NCBI GenBank assembly: GCA_019058445.1
Contig: JAHPZA010000009.1
Location: 32,001 to 96,000 of the forward strand
DNA length: 64,000 nt
Direction of reading: 5' to 3'
Source of the DNA: Promethearchaeota archaeon
Lineage (GTDB): Archaea; Asgardarchaeota; Lokiarchaeia; Sigyniarchaeales; SOKP01
The position numbers and the translations under genes were made by a program. Each line of letters opens with the position of its first letter. Position 1 is the stretch's first letter. Shown here piece after piece: positions 1 through 9,777 of this stretch. The notes under the pieces are model-generated. The model ran no database searches, had not been told where the DNA came from, and was given only the letters and a program-made list of their open reading frames with translations.

Positions 1-8
1 TGGATACA

Positions 9-2000
9 ATGTATATTGATACATCCAATACAGCAAATGGAAAACCGATCTATTATTATAAAGATAAAACAGATTTAAAAAAAAATGATTTCGATAATGC
101 AGCTCAAGTAATTCTAGTAAATTGTAGTGATTCATTAATAGCAGATATAAATGTTTCATATGCTTCAAGAGGTATTTCACTTTTTCATGACTCTTCTAAT
201 GTTTCCTTATCAAATATTACTTCAAATTATGGTGCTGACTATGGGTTGTATATAAGGGACTGTAATAATATAACTCTTTATAATAATTCAGTAAGCTATA
301 ATAAAGGAACAGGGATTTCTTGCAATGGGGATGATTACAATCTAACAAAGAATGTAATCAATTATAATGGTGAGACTGGATTATATCTATCTTCTAAAAA
401 CGCTAATTTATCTGATAATATATTAGTATACAATAGATATGGAGGTATTCAAATTTCTGGTGAAAATTGTATTCTTAAAAATAATGACATAACTTGGGGT
501 GGGATAGATATATATGGTAATGAACAAGAATTAGGATCTCATTCAATCGACACATCTAATACGGTAAATTCCAAAAAAATATATTATTATCCTCAACAAA
601 CTAATTTAAAAAATACTGATTTCACTGACGCAGGTCAAATAATTTTGGTCTCGTGTAACGATTCTTTCATCTCTTATTATAATATTTCTTATGTATCTAA
701 AGGGATTTCAATATATCATTCTGAAAATATTACAATTTATAATTGTAACATCTCAGAGAATATAGAAAATGGTCTCCACATAGAATATTCGAGTAAATGT
801 AATTTTAGCGTCAACACTGCTAATAAAATCAATGGAACAGCATTTTATTTTATGTATGAATGTAATTTTAATAAAATCTTAGGAAATACAATCAATAATA
901 ACTCTGGAGATGGAATCTATTTATTTACGAAATGTAGCAACAATACTATTACTGGAAATACAGTGAATAATACTAGGAATGGAATTACTGTTTATACTAA
1001 TTGCGATGATAACAATATTACTGGAAATGATATTTGTTATACAGGTAAATATACTTCCCTCTCAAAAGCAATACTTCTCAGTGATACTGATAGATGCAAT
1101 GTCTCGGGAAATGTTATTAATAATAACTATTATAGAGGAATTTATATTCAAAATGGTATAAATAACACTATTAGCAACAATGAAATTAAAGAAAATAGTG
1201 ATTTTGGATTATATCTTTATTACGGAGAGGGTCACAATATAACTAAAAATACATTAGTAGGATGCGGCTTAGGAATTAATCCAGATAACACTATATCAAA
1301 AATGACAAGCAATTATATTGATCAGAGTAATACTGTGAATGGAAAAACCTTATACTACTATGCTAATGAAGTGGGATTAGATGCCACTTCGTTTTCTAAT
1401 GCTGGACAGATTTTTCTAATAAATTGCAGCTATGCTACAATAGTAAATGTTAATGTTTCACGTGGATCAACTGGAATTACTTTATATTTCAGTGAAAATA
1501 ATACCATAATGCGCGTTAATGCGACACATAATCAACATTACGGCATATACCTCTATCGAAGTAGCAAGAATAACATTACAGAGAGTATGTTCACTAATAA
1601 CAATAAAATTGGTGTTTACTTAAGCTATATATGTGAAGATAATCAAATATATGCTAATGTATTTATTAATAATACTCTTAATAACGCTGAAGATTATGGT
1701 TCTAATAATAAGTGGAATAATGCAACAATAGGAAATTATTGGGATGATTACACTGGCTGTGATAATAATAATGATGGTATAGGAGAATCCGCATACATAA
1801 TTCCAGGAACTGCGGGTTCTCAAGACGACTTTCCTATAACAAATAGAAAATGCACACCTTCTTCTAGTGGTGGGGACGATGATGATGAGGAAGAACCACA
1901 AGTCGTTCAAATTCCGGGATATGATATTATTTTGATAATTGCCATAATTTGTGTAGCTACATTAATTTTAACTCAAAATAAGTTTAGAATTTATAAATAA
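9..2000 (+). CDS. NosD/right-handed beta-helix cell-surface protein with C-terminal Loki-CTERM-like anchor (probably 5'-truncated)
   Basis: Many 'GIYL..S.NN.I..N' beta-helix turns; three copies of 'ID(T/Q)SNT(A/V)N(G/S)K.(I/L)YYY...AGQI.L..C'; 'GNYWDDY..CDNNNDGIG'; C-terminus IPGY + hydrophobic helix + basic tail. Frame is open to the window edge (gat aca atg). Confidence 0.85.
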   Translation: MYIDTSNTANGKPIYYYKDKTDLKKNDFDNAAQVILVNCSDSLIADINVSYASRGISLFHDSSNVSLSNITSNYGADYGLYIRDCNNITLYNNSVSYNKGTGISCNGDDYNLTKNVINYNGETGLYLSSKNANLSDNILVYNRYGGIQISGENCILKNNDITWGGIDIYGNEQELGSHSIDTSNTVNSKKIYYYPQQTNLKNTDFTDAGQIILVSCNDSFISYYNISYVSKGISIYHSENITIYNCNISENIENGLHIEYSSKCNFSVNTANKINGTAFYFMYECNFNKILGNTINNNSGDGIYLFTKCSNNTITGNTVNNTRNGITVYTNCDDNNITGNDICYTGKYTSLSKAILLSDTDRCNVSGNVINNNYYRGIYIQNGINNTISNNEIKENSDFGLYLYYGEGHNITKNTLVGCGLGINPDNTISKMTSNYIDQSNTVNGKTLYYYANEVGLDATSFSNAGQIFLINCSYATIVNVNVSRGSTGITLYFSENNTIMRVNATHNQHYGIYLYRSSKNNITESMFTNNNKIGVYLSYICEDNQIYANVFINNTLNNAEDYGSNNKWNNATIGNYWDDYTGCDNNNDGIGESAYIIPGTAGSQDDFPITNRKCTPSSSGGDDDDEEEPQVVQIPGYDIILIIAIICVATLILTQNKFRIYK

Positions 2001-2022
2001 TTTTTTTTTCATTTTTTATTTT
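2001..2022 (+). terminator. Oligo-T tract, likely archaeal terminator
   Basis: tttttttttcattttttatttt immediately after the stop codon. Confidence 0.5.
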
Positions 2023-2251
2023 AATACGCATTAGTTTAGAGTTCATGGTTAGTTAAATTATTAATACCGATTGTATGATTTTAAAAAATGCTTTTTGTTA
2101 TCCTATTTTCCAAACAAATATTCTAATTGCTAAAAATTAAAAATAAAAACTTTTACCTTCAACTTTAAGATATATTTTTGTGAAAAAACTAAAATTCTCG
2201 AGGTAATCTCAGAATTTTAGGGATTATTATATTTAAAAATTTAACAAAAAA

Positions 2252-5200
2252 TTGGTTTTAACGTTGAATAAAAGTAAAAAGCAAAAGATTTTGATGATAC
2301 TGCTTTTTTCTATGATTTTTTTAACCTCGACATTTCAAAGTAATTTATCAAATTATCAAAATAGAGACACTGGCAATTCAATTATTTTTAATGAAGAAAC
2401 AGAAAGTGCGGATGAGCGACCAGATGTAGTAATCTACATAAATGGAAGTTCAGAATCGTGGGAAGATGCAAAAACTGCAGGATGGGTTGATAATGCAGGA
2501 GACGGTAGTTACGGGAATCCTTATGTTATAAAAGACAAAATAATTGATGGTGAAAATTTGAAACATGGTATTTTAATTGAAAATTGGGGCTATTATGATT
2601 TTTACTTTAGAATTGAAAACTGCACATTCATCAATATTGGATCTTCAAATGATCAATTTCCAAAAGCGGGGATTTCAATACATAATGTTGGATTTGATTG
2701 GATGACACAAGGCGGTGGGATTATACAAAATAATGAATTTGATACTAACTCTGACTTAGATAATTATGGAATTTATTTTTTTCACAGTGGAAATTCCACT
2801 TTTTCCAATAATGTTTTTACTGACTTTAAGCATGGTATATATTTTGATAATGGAAGCCGGACTTGTAGTGTTTCGGAGAATCTATTTACTGATAACCAAA
2901 ATGGAATCTTTTTGGATAGATCATGTAACAATATTAACATCACGGAAAATGATTTTTTGGATAACGCTATTTCTGGATTATATGTATTAGATTGCTATGA
3001 TATCCTCATTTATAATAATTATATAGAAGATAATACCAATTTTGGAGTGATTATCTCTGCCTGTGTTGCAGGGTGGAATTGGGGTTATAAGTGGGGGATG
3101 TGGGGCTGGTATTATTTTGATCCAATAAGAGTAATCGATAATACAATTAGTAAAAACAATTATGGAATATTCTTAGACTCAAGTGTTGAACAACAAATTA
3201 AGGGGAATGATATCATTGAAAATAATGAAAAAGGTATTTGGGTATTTCTTTCAGTTTTTAACAATATTACAGATAATACTATAAGCGATAATACAGATAA
3301 AGGAATTGTACTTGATGATAGTAATAATAATAAAATTAACTATAACTTTTTCTTAAGAAATGGAGAACATGCTATTGATGGTAATTCAAAAAATAACTTT
3401 AGTATAAATGGTATTGGTAATTATTGGGATAATTATTCACAAATCTCTGGAGTTGCAGATGATGATGATGATGGGATTGGAGATTTATGGTATAACTTTA
3501 CAGGTGGGCGTGATAAATATCCACTCTATAATGATGGAATATTTGGTGATATTATTGAAATTGATGCAGATGCAACCGGTTATGGAGCACATAATTGGAC
3601 TTGGGCACGAGAAAAGTTCTGGTGCTCTGGTAATGGTCAACCTTGGGATCCATATGTAATTAGTCCCAGTCAAATTTGGGATGGTATTATAGATGGAAAT
3701 GGAAAAACTTGCATTACAATTGAGAATTCAGACTATCAATACGGTGAATCATTTAGAATTGAGGGTTGTACAATTAAAAACTCTGGATCAAGTGGCGCAG
3801 GAATTCAATTAAATAACTCTGGTAATGCGGTAATAAATAACAATAATATCACAAATAACGGAATTGGAATATCACTTAACTGGGTTTTTTTCACTAATTT
3901 TACAGATAATACTATCATTAATTCTCTAAATAAAGGCATTTATCTGACTAACCATTCTAATATGAATGATTTTATTTGCAACACGATTTCCAGTAGTCAA
4001 AATGGAACTTATTTAGAAAAGGATAGTAAAGACAATGAGTTCATTTTAAATATTTTCGAGAATAATGCTAAATATGGGGCTGTCGTAGCCGATAATATTA
4101 GCATTAATAATGTTTTTTATGAAAATACATTTCGAGGAACGACAACAACTAACGAATATGCTCTTGACAATACTAATACAACAATGTGGTATAAAGACGA
4201 GAGAGGAAATTCTTGGGGAGATTATGTTGCGAAAACTGGTGGTTCAGATCTAGATGATGATGGTATTGGAAATGTTAAATATGATATTATTGGAAAGGGC
4301 AACAATAAGGATATATTCCCTCTTTACGACGACGGACTTAATGGTCAACCCTTATACATTAACGGAGCTGCTTCTGGTGTTGATGCGCATAATTGGACTT
4401 GGGCAAGTAAGCGACTTTATATTTCAGGGAATGGTACACAACTGAATCCATATGTTATAAAAGATGTGACTATTAGTGGTCTTGATTCAGAAAGCGCTAT
4501 TATCATTGAAAACTCTGATTGGACACTTAATACCTATTTTAGGATTGAAAACTGTACTTTAACGGATATTGGTGGCTCTGGACGCTCAGGAATTAAATTG
4601 TATAATGTCACGAACGGTGAAATAATCGATAATGAGTTTTCAACAGATAATGTAGGGAATTATGGGATTCATACAGAACGGTGTAGTTATATTTCAATTG
4701 AAATGAATACCATCTCAAGTAACGAACAGTTTGATATTGGGATTTATCTAGATAAAGATAGTCATCATATCAATATTGTAGAAAATGAAATTAATGATAA
4801 TCTCTGGGGTATATATCTCCACAATATGACTAATTATAACAACATTACAATTAATACTATAGAAAATAACGATTTCTCTGGTATATATATGAGTAATTGC
4901 TCAAATAACAACGTTATGTACAATTTCATTAATTATAATGGAAATGGTACAAAATTAGACAATGGTGGCTATTTACATAAAATTTTTGGAAACATCTTTA
5001 AAGATAACGTTGAATATGGATTAATCATAAATCACTCTGCTGTTGAAACGACTACAATTTATAATAATACTTTTTCGGGAAATTTAGCTAATGCTAGAGA
5101 CGATGGTCGCTGGAATGAATGGAATACTACATCTATAGGAAATACTTGGAAAGATTATAAAGATAATGTAGAGGGAAGAGGATATGTAGCTCAAGACCTC

Positions 5201-7174
5201 GATGATGATGGGATTGGTGATGTAAATTATACTATTTCTGGGTCAGCTAATTCGACAGATGGCAAACCTATTTATGACGATGGATTTGATGGAGATCGAA
5301 TTTACATAATTGGTAATGCTCAGCCAAGTTACTTATGGGACGATATTTGGGTTATGTCTTGGAATGAAGCTACTAGTAAAGTCTGGTGCTCAGGGAGTGG
5401 AACATCTAACGACCCATATGTTATTAAAGATATAGAGATTGATGCTAAAGGCGATAATAGCTCCATTTATATAATGCAGTCTCAAAATGATTATTTTAGG
5501 ATTGAAAATTGTAATATAACCAATTCAGCTGAAGCGAATGAAACTGCGGGGATATATTTAACTAATGTAAATTATGGCGAGATAAGAAATAATAATTGTT
5601 CGTTAAATGGTTACGCGGGAATACAGTTGGATAATTGTAATAATATTACGATAATCGACAATGATATTGAAAATAACGGAGAATTTGGGATATTCATAAC
5701 TAACTGGTGTGGTACAATTGATATAGAGAATAATAGACTAAAGCAAAACGGTCTTGGCAACGAAGGGTCGGGAATACACTTGGAAAATGGATACTTTAAT
5801 AATATCATCTATAATAATACTTTAAATGGAGATAATGTAGGGATATCCCTGAAATATCTCTGGTATATGACTCTTATTTCAGAAAATATTATTAAATCTG
5901 ATTCCCATGGATTAGCTATAATCGATCATTGTGATAAACTCCGAATAATCGGCAATACTATCTATGAATGTGGAGAAGATGGAATACACTATGGGTGGAA
6001 ATCGGGTCAGCCTTGCTTTAATAGCACTATTAACGGAAATAACATACATGATAATACTAATTATGGTATTCTTTTGGATTTCCTTGAGGACAGTGACATT
6101 TCAGGAAACATTTTAAATAGTAATTTAAAGGGAGTTGTAGTTAACGCTAAATGTAGATTAAATACGTTCAATAATAATCTTATTTTAAATAATTTTGGAG
6201 AAGGAATGTTGTTCAAGATGGGAACAGGTGGTAATCTCATATATAATAATAATTTCTCTGGAAACTTAATTCACGCTGCGGATTTTGGGCTTGATCCTGT
6301 ACAGTCAAATCTTTGGTATAAAGGAAGTAAACAGTGTGGTAATTATTGGGACGATTATGGCGATTTTGGAGGAAAAGACATGGACGACGATGGAATTGGA
6401 GATGATCCCGTAGATTATATGATTCCAGGAGGCTTAGGAATAAGCGAAGACAAATATCCTATTTGGTGGGATGAACCAGGTATTAAAGCTAAAAAACCCC
6501 TTGATAATGAGGAATTTCTGCCACATCAACCTCCAAGTTATGAGATTAATATCACCGAGGGAAGAGGATGCTTTTTCTGGTATGAAATAGATGGAACTTC
6601 CTCTACACCTATGATATTATTAGGAAATATACATGAAATAATAACGGGTACTGTAAGTTTAAGTTTATGGGATCCATTAACAGATGGGACTTATGCTATC
6701 ACATTTTACGTAAATGACACTCAAGGATATGAAAATTCTCAAGTTGTTACGATCACAAAATTAAATGCTACTACAACTACAACTCCTTCTAGCGATAATG
6801 GCGGCGGTGATGGGACTTCTGATGATTCAACCTCTGAAGACGAAGAAGGGTTACCATGGTATATACAAGCAGCAATGACGGGTGCTGTTAGTGCGAGTGT
6901 TGGTTTAATTATTAAACAGTCATATAGTTCAGCCAAAAAGAGGAGGATTATTTTAGAAAAGATACACGAAAATTTTGCGAGAGTTGATAATCTTGAGAAA
7001 TTCTTAAAAGATAAATTAACTTACGAGGATTGGGAAAAAATTCAAGAAGCATGGCAGAAATATCAAAATGATGAGATAACGGAAAGACAAATGATTAAGG
7101 AGAGTAAAAAGACCTTAGGAAAAAGATTTACTGAGTTGTTTATTCCACATAAAAAATCGAGAAGAAGAACTTAA
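2252..7174 (+). CDS. Large multi-module NosD/beta-helix surface protein, single C-terminal TM and ~85-aa cytoplasmic tail
   Basis: N-terminal signal-like hydrophobic stretch; four modules each opening with 'G.G....PYVI' and closing with 'GN.W.DY...D.DDDGIG(D/N)'; Ig-like segment; Thr/Ser/acidic linker; TM 'LPWYIQAAMTGAVSASVGLII'. TTG start. Confidence 0.85.
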   Translation: MVLTLNKSKKQKILMILLFSMIFLTSTFQSNLSNYQNRDTGNSIIFNEETESADERPDVVIYINGSSESWEDAKTAGWVDNAGDGSYGNPYVIKDKIIDGENLKHGILIENWGYYDFYFRIENCTFINIGSSNDQFPKAGISIHNVGFDWMTQGGGIIQNNEFDTNSDLDNYGIYFFHSGNSTFSNNVFTDFKHGIYFDNGSRTCSVSENLFTDNQNGIFLDRSCNNINITENDFLDNAISGLYVLDCYDILIYNNYIEDNTNFGVIISACVAGWNWGYKWGMWGWYYFDPIRVIDNTISKNNYGIFLDSSVEQQIKGNDIIENNEKGIWVFLSVFNNITDNTISDNTDKGIVLDDSNNNKINYNFFLRNGEHAIDGNSKNNFSINGIGNYWDNYSQISGVADDDDDGIGDLWYNFTGGRDKYPLYNDGIFGDIIEIDADATGYGAHNWTWAREKFWCSGNGQPWDPYVISPSQIWDGIIDGNGKTCITIENSDYQYGESFRIEGCTIKNSGSSGAGIQLNNSGNAVINNNNITNNGIGISLNWVFFTNFTDNTIINSLNKGIYLTNHSNMNDFICNTISSSQNGTYLEKDSKDNEFILNIFENNAKYGAVVADNISINNVFYENTFRGTTTTNEYALDNTNTTMWYKDERGNSWGDYVAKTGGSDLDDDGIGNVKYDIIGKGNNKDIFPLYDDGLNGQPLYINGAASGVDAHNWTWASKRLYISGNGTQLNPYVIKDVTISGLDSESAIIIENSDWTLNTYFRIENCTLTDIGGSGRSGIKLYNVTNGEIIDNEFSTDNVGNYGIHTERCSYISIEMNTISSNEQFDIGIYLDKDSHHINIVENEINDNLWGIYLHNMTNYNNITINTIENNDFSGIYMSNCSNNNVMYNFINYNGNGTKLDNGGYLHKIFGNIFKDNVEYGLIINHSAVETTTIYNNTFSGNLANARDDGRWNEWNTTSIGNTWKDYKDNVEGRGYVAQDLDDDGIGDVNYTISGSANSTDGKPIYDDGFDGDRIYIIGNAQPSYLWDDIWVMSWNEATSKVWCSGSGTSNDPYVIKDIEIDAKGDNSSIYIMQSQNDYFRIENCNITNSAEANETAGIYLTNVNYGEIRNNNCSLNGYAGIQLDNCNNITIIDNDIENNGEFGIFITNWCGTIDIENNRLKQNGLGNEGSGIHLENGYFNNIIYNNTLNGDNVGISLKYLWYMTLISENIIKSDSHGLAIIDHCDKLRIIGNTIYECGEDGIHYGWKSGQPCFNSTINGNNIHDNTNYGILLDFLEDSDISGNILNSNLKGVVVNAKCRLNTFNNNLILNNFGEGMLFKMGTGGNLIYNNNFSGNLIHAADFGLDPVQSNLWYKGSKQCGNYWDDYGDFGGKDMDDDGIGDDPVDYMIPGGLGISEDKYPIWWDEPGIKAKKPLDNEEFLPHQPPSYEINITEGRGCFFWYEIDGTSSTPMILLGNIHEIITGTVSLSLWDPLTDGTYAITFYVNDTQGYENSQVVTITKLNATTTTTPSSDNGGGDGTSDDSTSEDEEGLPWYIQAAMTGAVSASVGLIIKQSYSSAKKRRIILEKIHENFARVDNLEKFLKDKLTYEDWEKIQEAWQKYQNDEITERQMIKESKKTLGKRFTELFIPHKKSRRRT

Positions 7175-7183
7175 ACTTTAATC

Positions 7184-7210
7184 TTTATTTTTTTTTATTT
7201 ATTTTTTTTT
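7184..7210 (+). terminator. Oligo-T tract, likely terminator
   Basis: Long T-runs directly downstream of the stop at 7174. Confidence 0.5.
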
Positions 7211-7371
7211 AATTCTTTAATTATTGAATACATTCAGATAACTGATAAATCGAAATTTCAATAATTTTATTACTTTTTTAATATAAATAGTAAAAATTTA
7301 AACTCTATTACTATTTATATCATAAGAAATAAAGTTTAATTTAGAAATTAATTAGGTATAGAGCGAACAAA

Positions 7372-8709
7372 GTGGTACGTCCTCCGACAGAAAAAAATAT
7401 TTGTTTACGATGTAAAGGAGCAAGATTGTTATGTGGAAAAAAAACTTGTCCAATCTTGTTGAAAAAATCAATTTTAAAATCTATGCTCCCCTTTGAGATT
7501 GGCAAGTCAAAAAGAAATATTGAGATATTCGGAGCGAGTCCGCCAGGTTTTTTCGTAGGAAGGTATAATTATCCCAATGTTGCAGTTGGACCACTTGTTC
7601 CTTTTAAGGAATTTGAATCCTATAAAAACATTAATGATTATCACATTTTAGATGCTCCAGAGTTATGGTTTGGTAAGCAAATAGTGGATGTAATAAAATA
7701 TAGAAGCAGTTTAGTTCGAAGTAATTTTAAAATAAACGTCAAAATAGGAGAAGAAATTAAAAAAAGAAAAAATACACCTACTTTACGAGCTCAAAGATTT
7801 TTAGAAACTTCTCAAGAGTTATCTATGGCTGCGAGACCAGTGGATACTGAAACGAAGATAGAAAAACTCAATTTCCGAATGATGATGGACAATCATGCGT
7901 TACCTATGGGCCCGTCTGGAACAACCGAAAAAATAAGAATAACAGAGAATGTAAAAGTCCATCCAAAGGTAGACTATTGTGTTTCAGATATCGATTTAAA
8001 AGCTCAAGAAGCAATTTCGGAGCATCTCTATCTTAAAGGAAATGTTCCTTTTTCTTCAATTATACGAGTATTTTCAGCAGGATTGCTTGGAGAAAAAGAA
8101 CGTCGCAAATTAGTACCAACAAGATGGTCTATTACAGCAATAGATGATATAATATCTAAAAGATTGATTAAAGAAATTAAAAAATTCCCTGAAATTAATG
8201 ATTATCGAATATTTGAAGCCACTTACCTTGATAATCATTTTAAAATTCTCCTGTTTCCCGGTAAATTTATGTACGAGATGAATGAAGTATGGGCTCCTAA
8301 TTCTTTATGGAATATTTCTCTTTCAGGAGAAGATGTTAAATTAGAACCACAAATCATGACAGATTATGAGTTCTATAAGGGGCGAAAATCATATGCAAGT
8401 AATATAACTGGTGCATATTACGCCGCACGAAAAGCAGTTTGTGAATATTTATATAAAATAAGAAAGCAAGCTAGAATTCTAATTTTTCGAGAAGTTTCCT
8501 CAGGATATCTTGTTCCATTAGGAGTCTGGGTAATCCGGGAAACTGTTAACAATGCAATGGAGCGCGCCAAGCCGATTATTTTAGATAGTTTCGATAGTGC
8601 TTTAAATAAGATGGCCGATGGATTAATTCTTGATTTAAAATATTGGAAAAATAGTAGCAAATTAATAAACTTTATAAAAACACAAAAAACTATTGATTCA
8701 TATCTTTAA
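7372..8709 (+). CDS. nreA: Archaeal Nre DNA repair protein (DUF650/DUF651), PCNA-interacting
   Basis: N-terminal CxxC-x6-C-x4-CP zinc motif; 'SPPGFFVGRYNYPNV'; 'LVPTRWSITAIDD'; 'GAYYAAR'; 'PLGVWVIRE'; C-terminal PIP-box-like QKTIDSYL. Confidence 0.9.
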   Translation: MVRPPTEKNICLRCKGARLLCGKKTCPILLKKSILKSMLPFEIGKSKRNIEIFGASPPGFFVGRYNYPNVAVGPLVPFKEFESYKNINDYHILDAPELWFGKQIVDVIKYRSSLVRSNFKINVKIGEEIKKRKNTPTLRAQRFLETSQELSMAARPVDTETKIEKLNFRMMMDNHALPMGPSGTTEKIRITENVKVHPKVDYCVSDIDLKAQEAISEHLYLKGNVPFSSIIRVFSAGLLGEKERRKLVPTRWSITAIDDIISKRLIKEIKKFPEINDYRIFEATYLDNHFKILLFPGKFMYEMNEVWAPNSLWNISLSGEDVKLEPQIMTDYEFYKGRKSYASNITGAYYAARKAVCEYLYKIRKQARILIFREVSSGYLVPLGVWVIRETVNNAMERAKPIILDSFDSALNKMADGLILDLKYWKNSSKLINFIKTQKTIDSYL

Positions 8710-8742
8710 ATTGGAATAAATATATTTTTTTGGAGATTAATT

Positions 8743-9630
8743 GTGATTTGGAAAACTCAAATAAATAGCATAACTAAGACGAAATATCCGATAGTCATGG
8801 GTGCATTCGCAGGATTAGGAACTGGAAAGTTCGCTGCATCATTCTCAAATTCCGGAGGATTGGGAATTGTCACTGCTTTAAATTACGATTTAGATTCGTT
8901 TAAAGCGGTACTAAAAGAGATAAAAACATTAACAAATAAACCAGTTGGGATAAATCTTTCCATTGCTCCTCCTGGTATTAAAACAGCTCGAGGAAATCTA
9001 AATGAAGAAGACTACTTACAATATGTGGAAATAGGCCTTAATGAAGGGATAAAAATTTTCACTACTTCAGCATATAGGGCTGCTTTTATTGGAAAAAGAG
9101 TCCATGAAGCGGATTGTTATTGGTTTCATAAGTGTGCACTTCCCAGACATGCATTATCAGCAGAGAAAGCAGGGGCAGATGCGGTTACTATTGTGGGCAT
9201 AGAAGGAGCGGGAGCTAAGCACCCCCTTCAACAATCTACATTCGTAAATATACCGCTCACAAAAGGGTTATTAAAAATCCCGATAATAGCTGCGGGAGGA
9301 ATTGGTAGTGCGCATAGTTTTCTGGGAGCATTGGGGCTCGGAGCAGAAGGAGTTTGTCTTGGGACAGTGCTAATGGTTACCGAAGAATGTCCCACCACAA
9401 AAGAAATTAAAAAAAAATGGATAAATACAAATATTTTTGAAGAAAATTATCATAAAAAAATTTATGATTTTAATTCTAAGGATATCAAAACTCCTTCTAC
9501 GGCAATAAATTATGCAAAAAAAATAATTCCTATTAAACAACTCATTAAAAGAATAATTAAAAATGCTGAATTCATTTTAAAATCATGGGGCTTTGATTCT
9601 GAAGAATTTTCCACTTTTCCTAAGAATTAA
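8743..9630 (+). CDS. Nitronate monooxygenase / FabK-like FMN oxidoreductase
   Basis: 'KYPIVMG', 'GGLG', 'T.KPVGIN', 'GIEGAG.KH', 'PIIAAGGIG', 'GAEGVCLGT...TEEC'. Confidence 0.85.
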   Translation: MIWKTQINSITKTKYPIVMGAFAGLGTGKFAASFSNSGGLGIVTALNYDLDSFKAVLKEIKTLTNKPVGINLSIAPPGIKTARGNLNEEDYLQYVEIGLNEGIKIFTTSAYRAAFIGKRVHEADCYWFHKCALPRHALSAEKAGADAVTIVGIEGAGAKHPLQQSTFVNIPLTKGLLKIPIIAAGGIGSAHSFLGALGLGAEGVCLGTVLMVTEECPTTKEIKKKWINTNIFEENYHKKIYDFNSKDIKTPSTAINYAKKIIPIKQLIKRIIKNAEFILKSWGFDSEEFSTFPKN

Positions 9631-9777
9631 TTTAAAATTAAGAATGAGTCTTAGGTTATTTCAAAAATACTCTAAGAAAAATATTAATATCTTTTAATCT
9701 TGGGATATAAAATTAAAGATTTATATTAAAGTAAATTTAATCTATTCTTATATTTAAAATAAATATGGGAAAGTATT

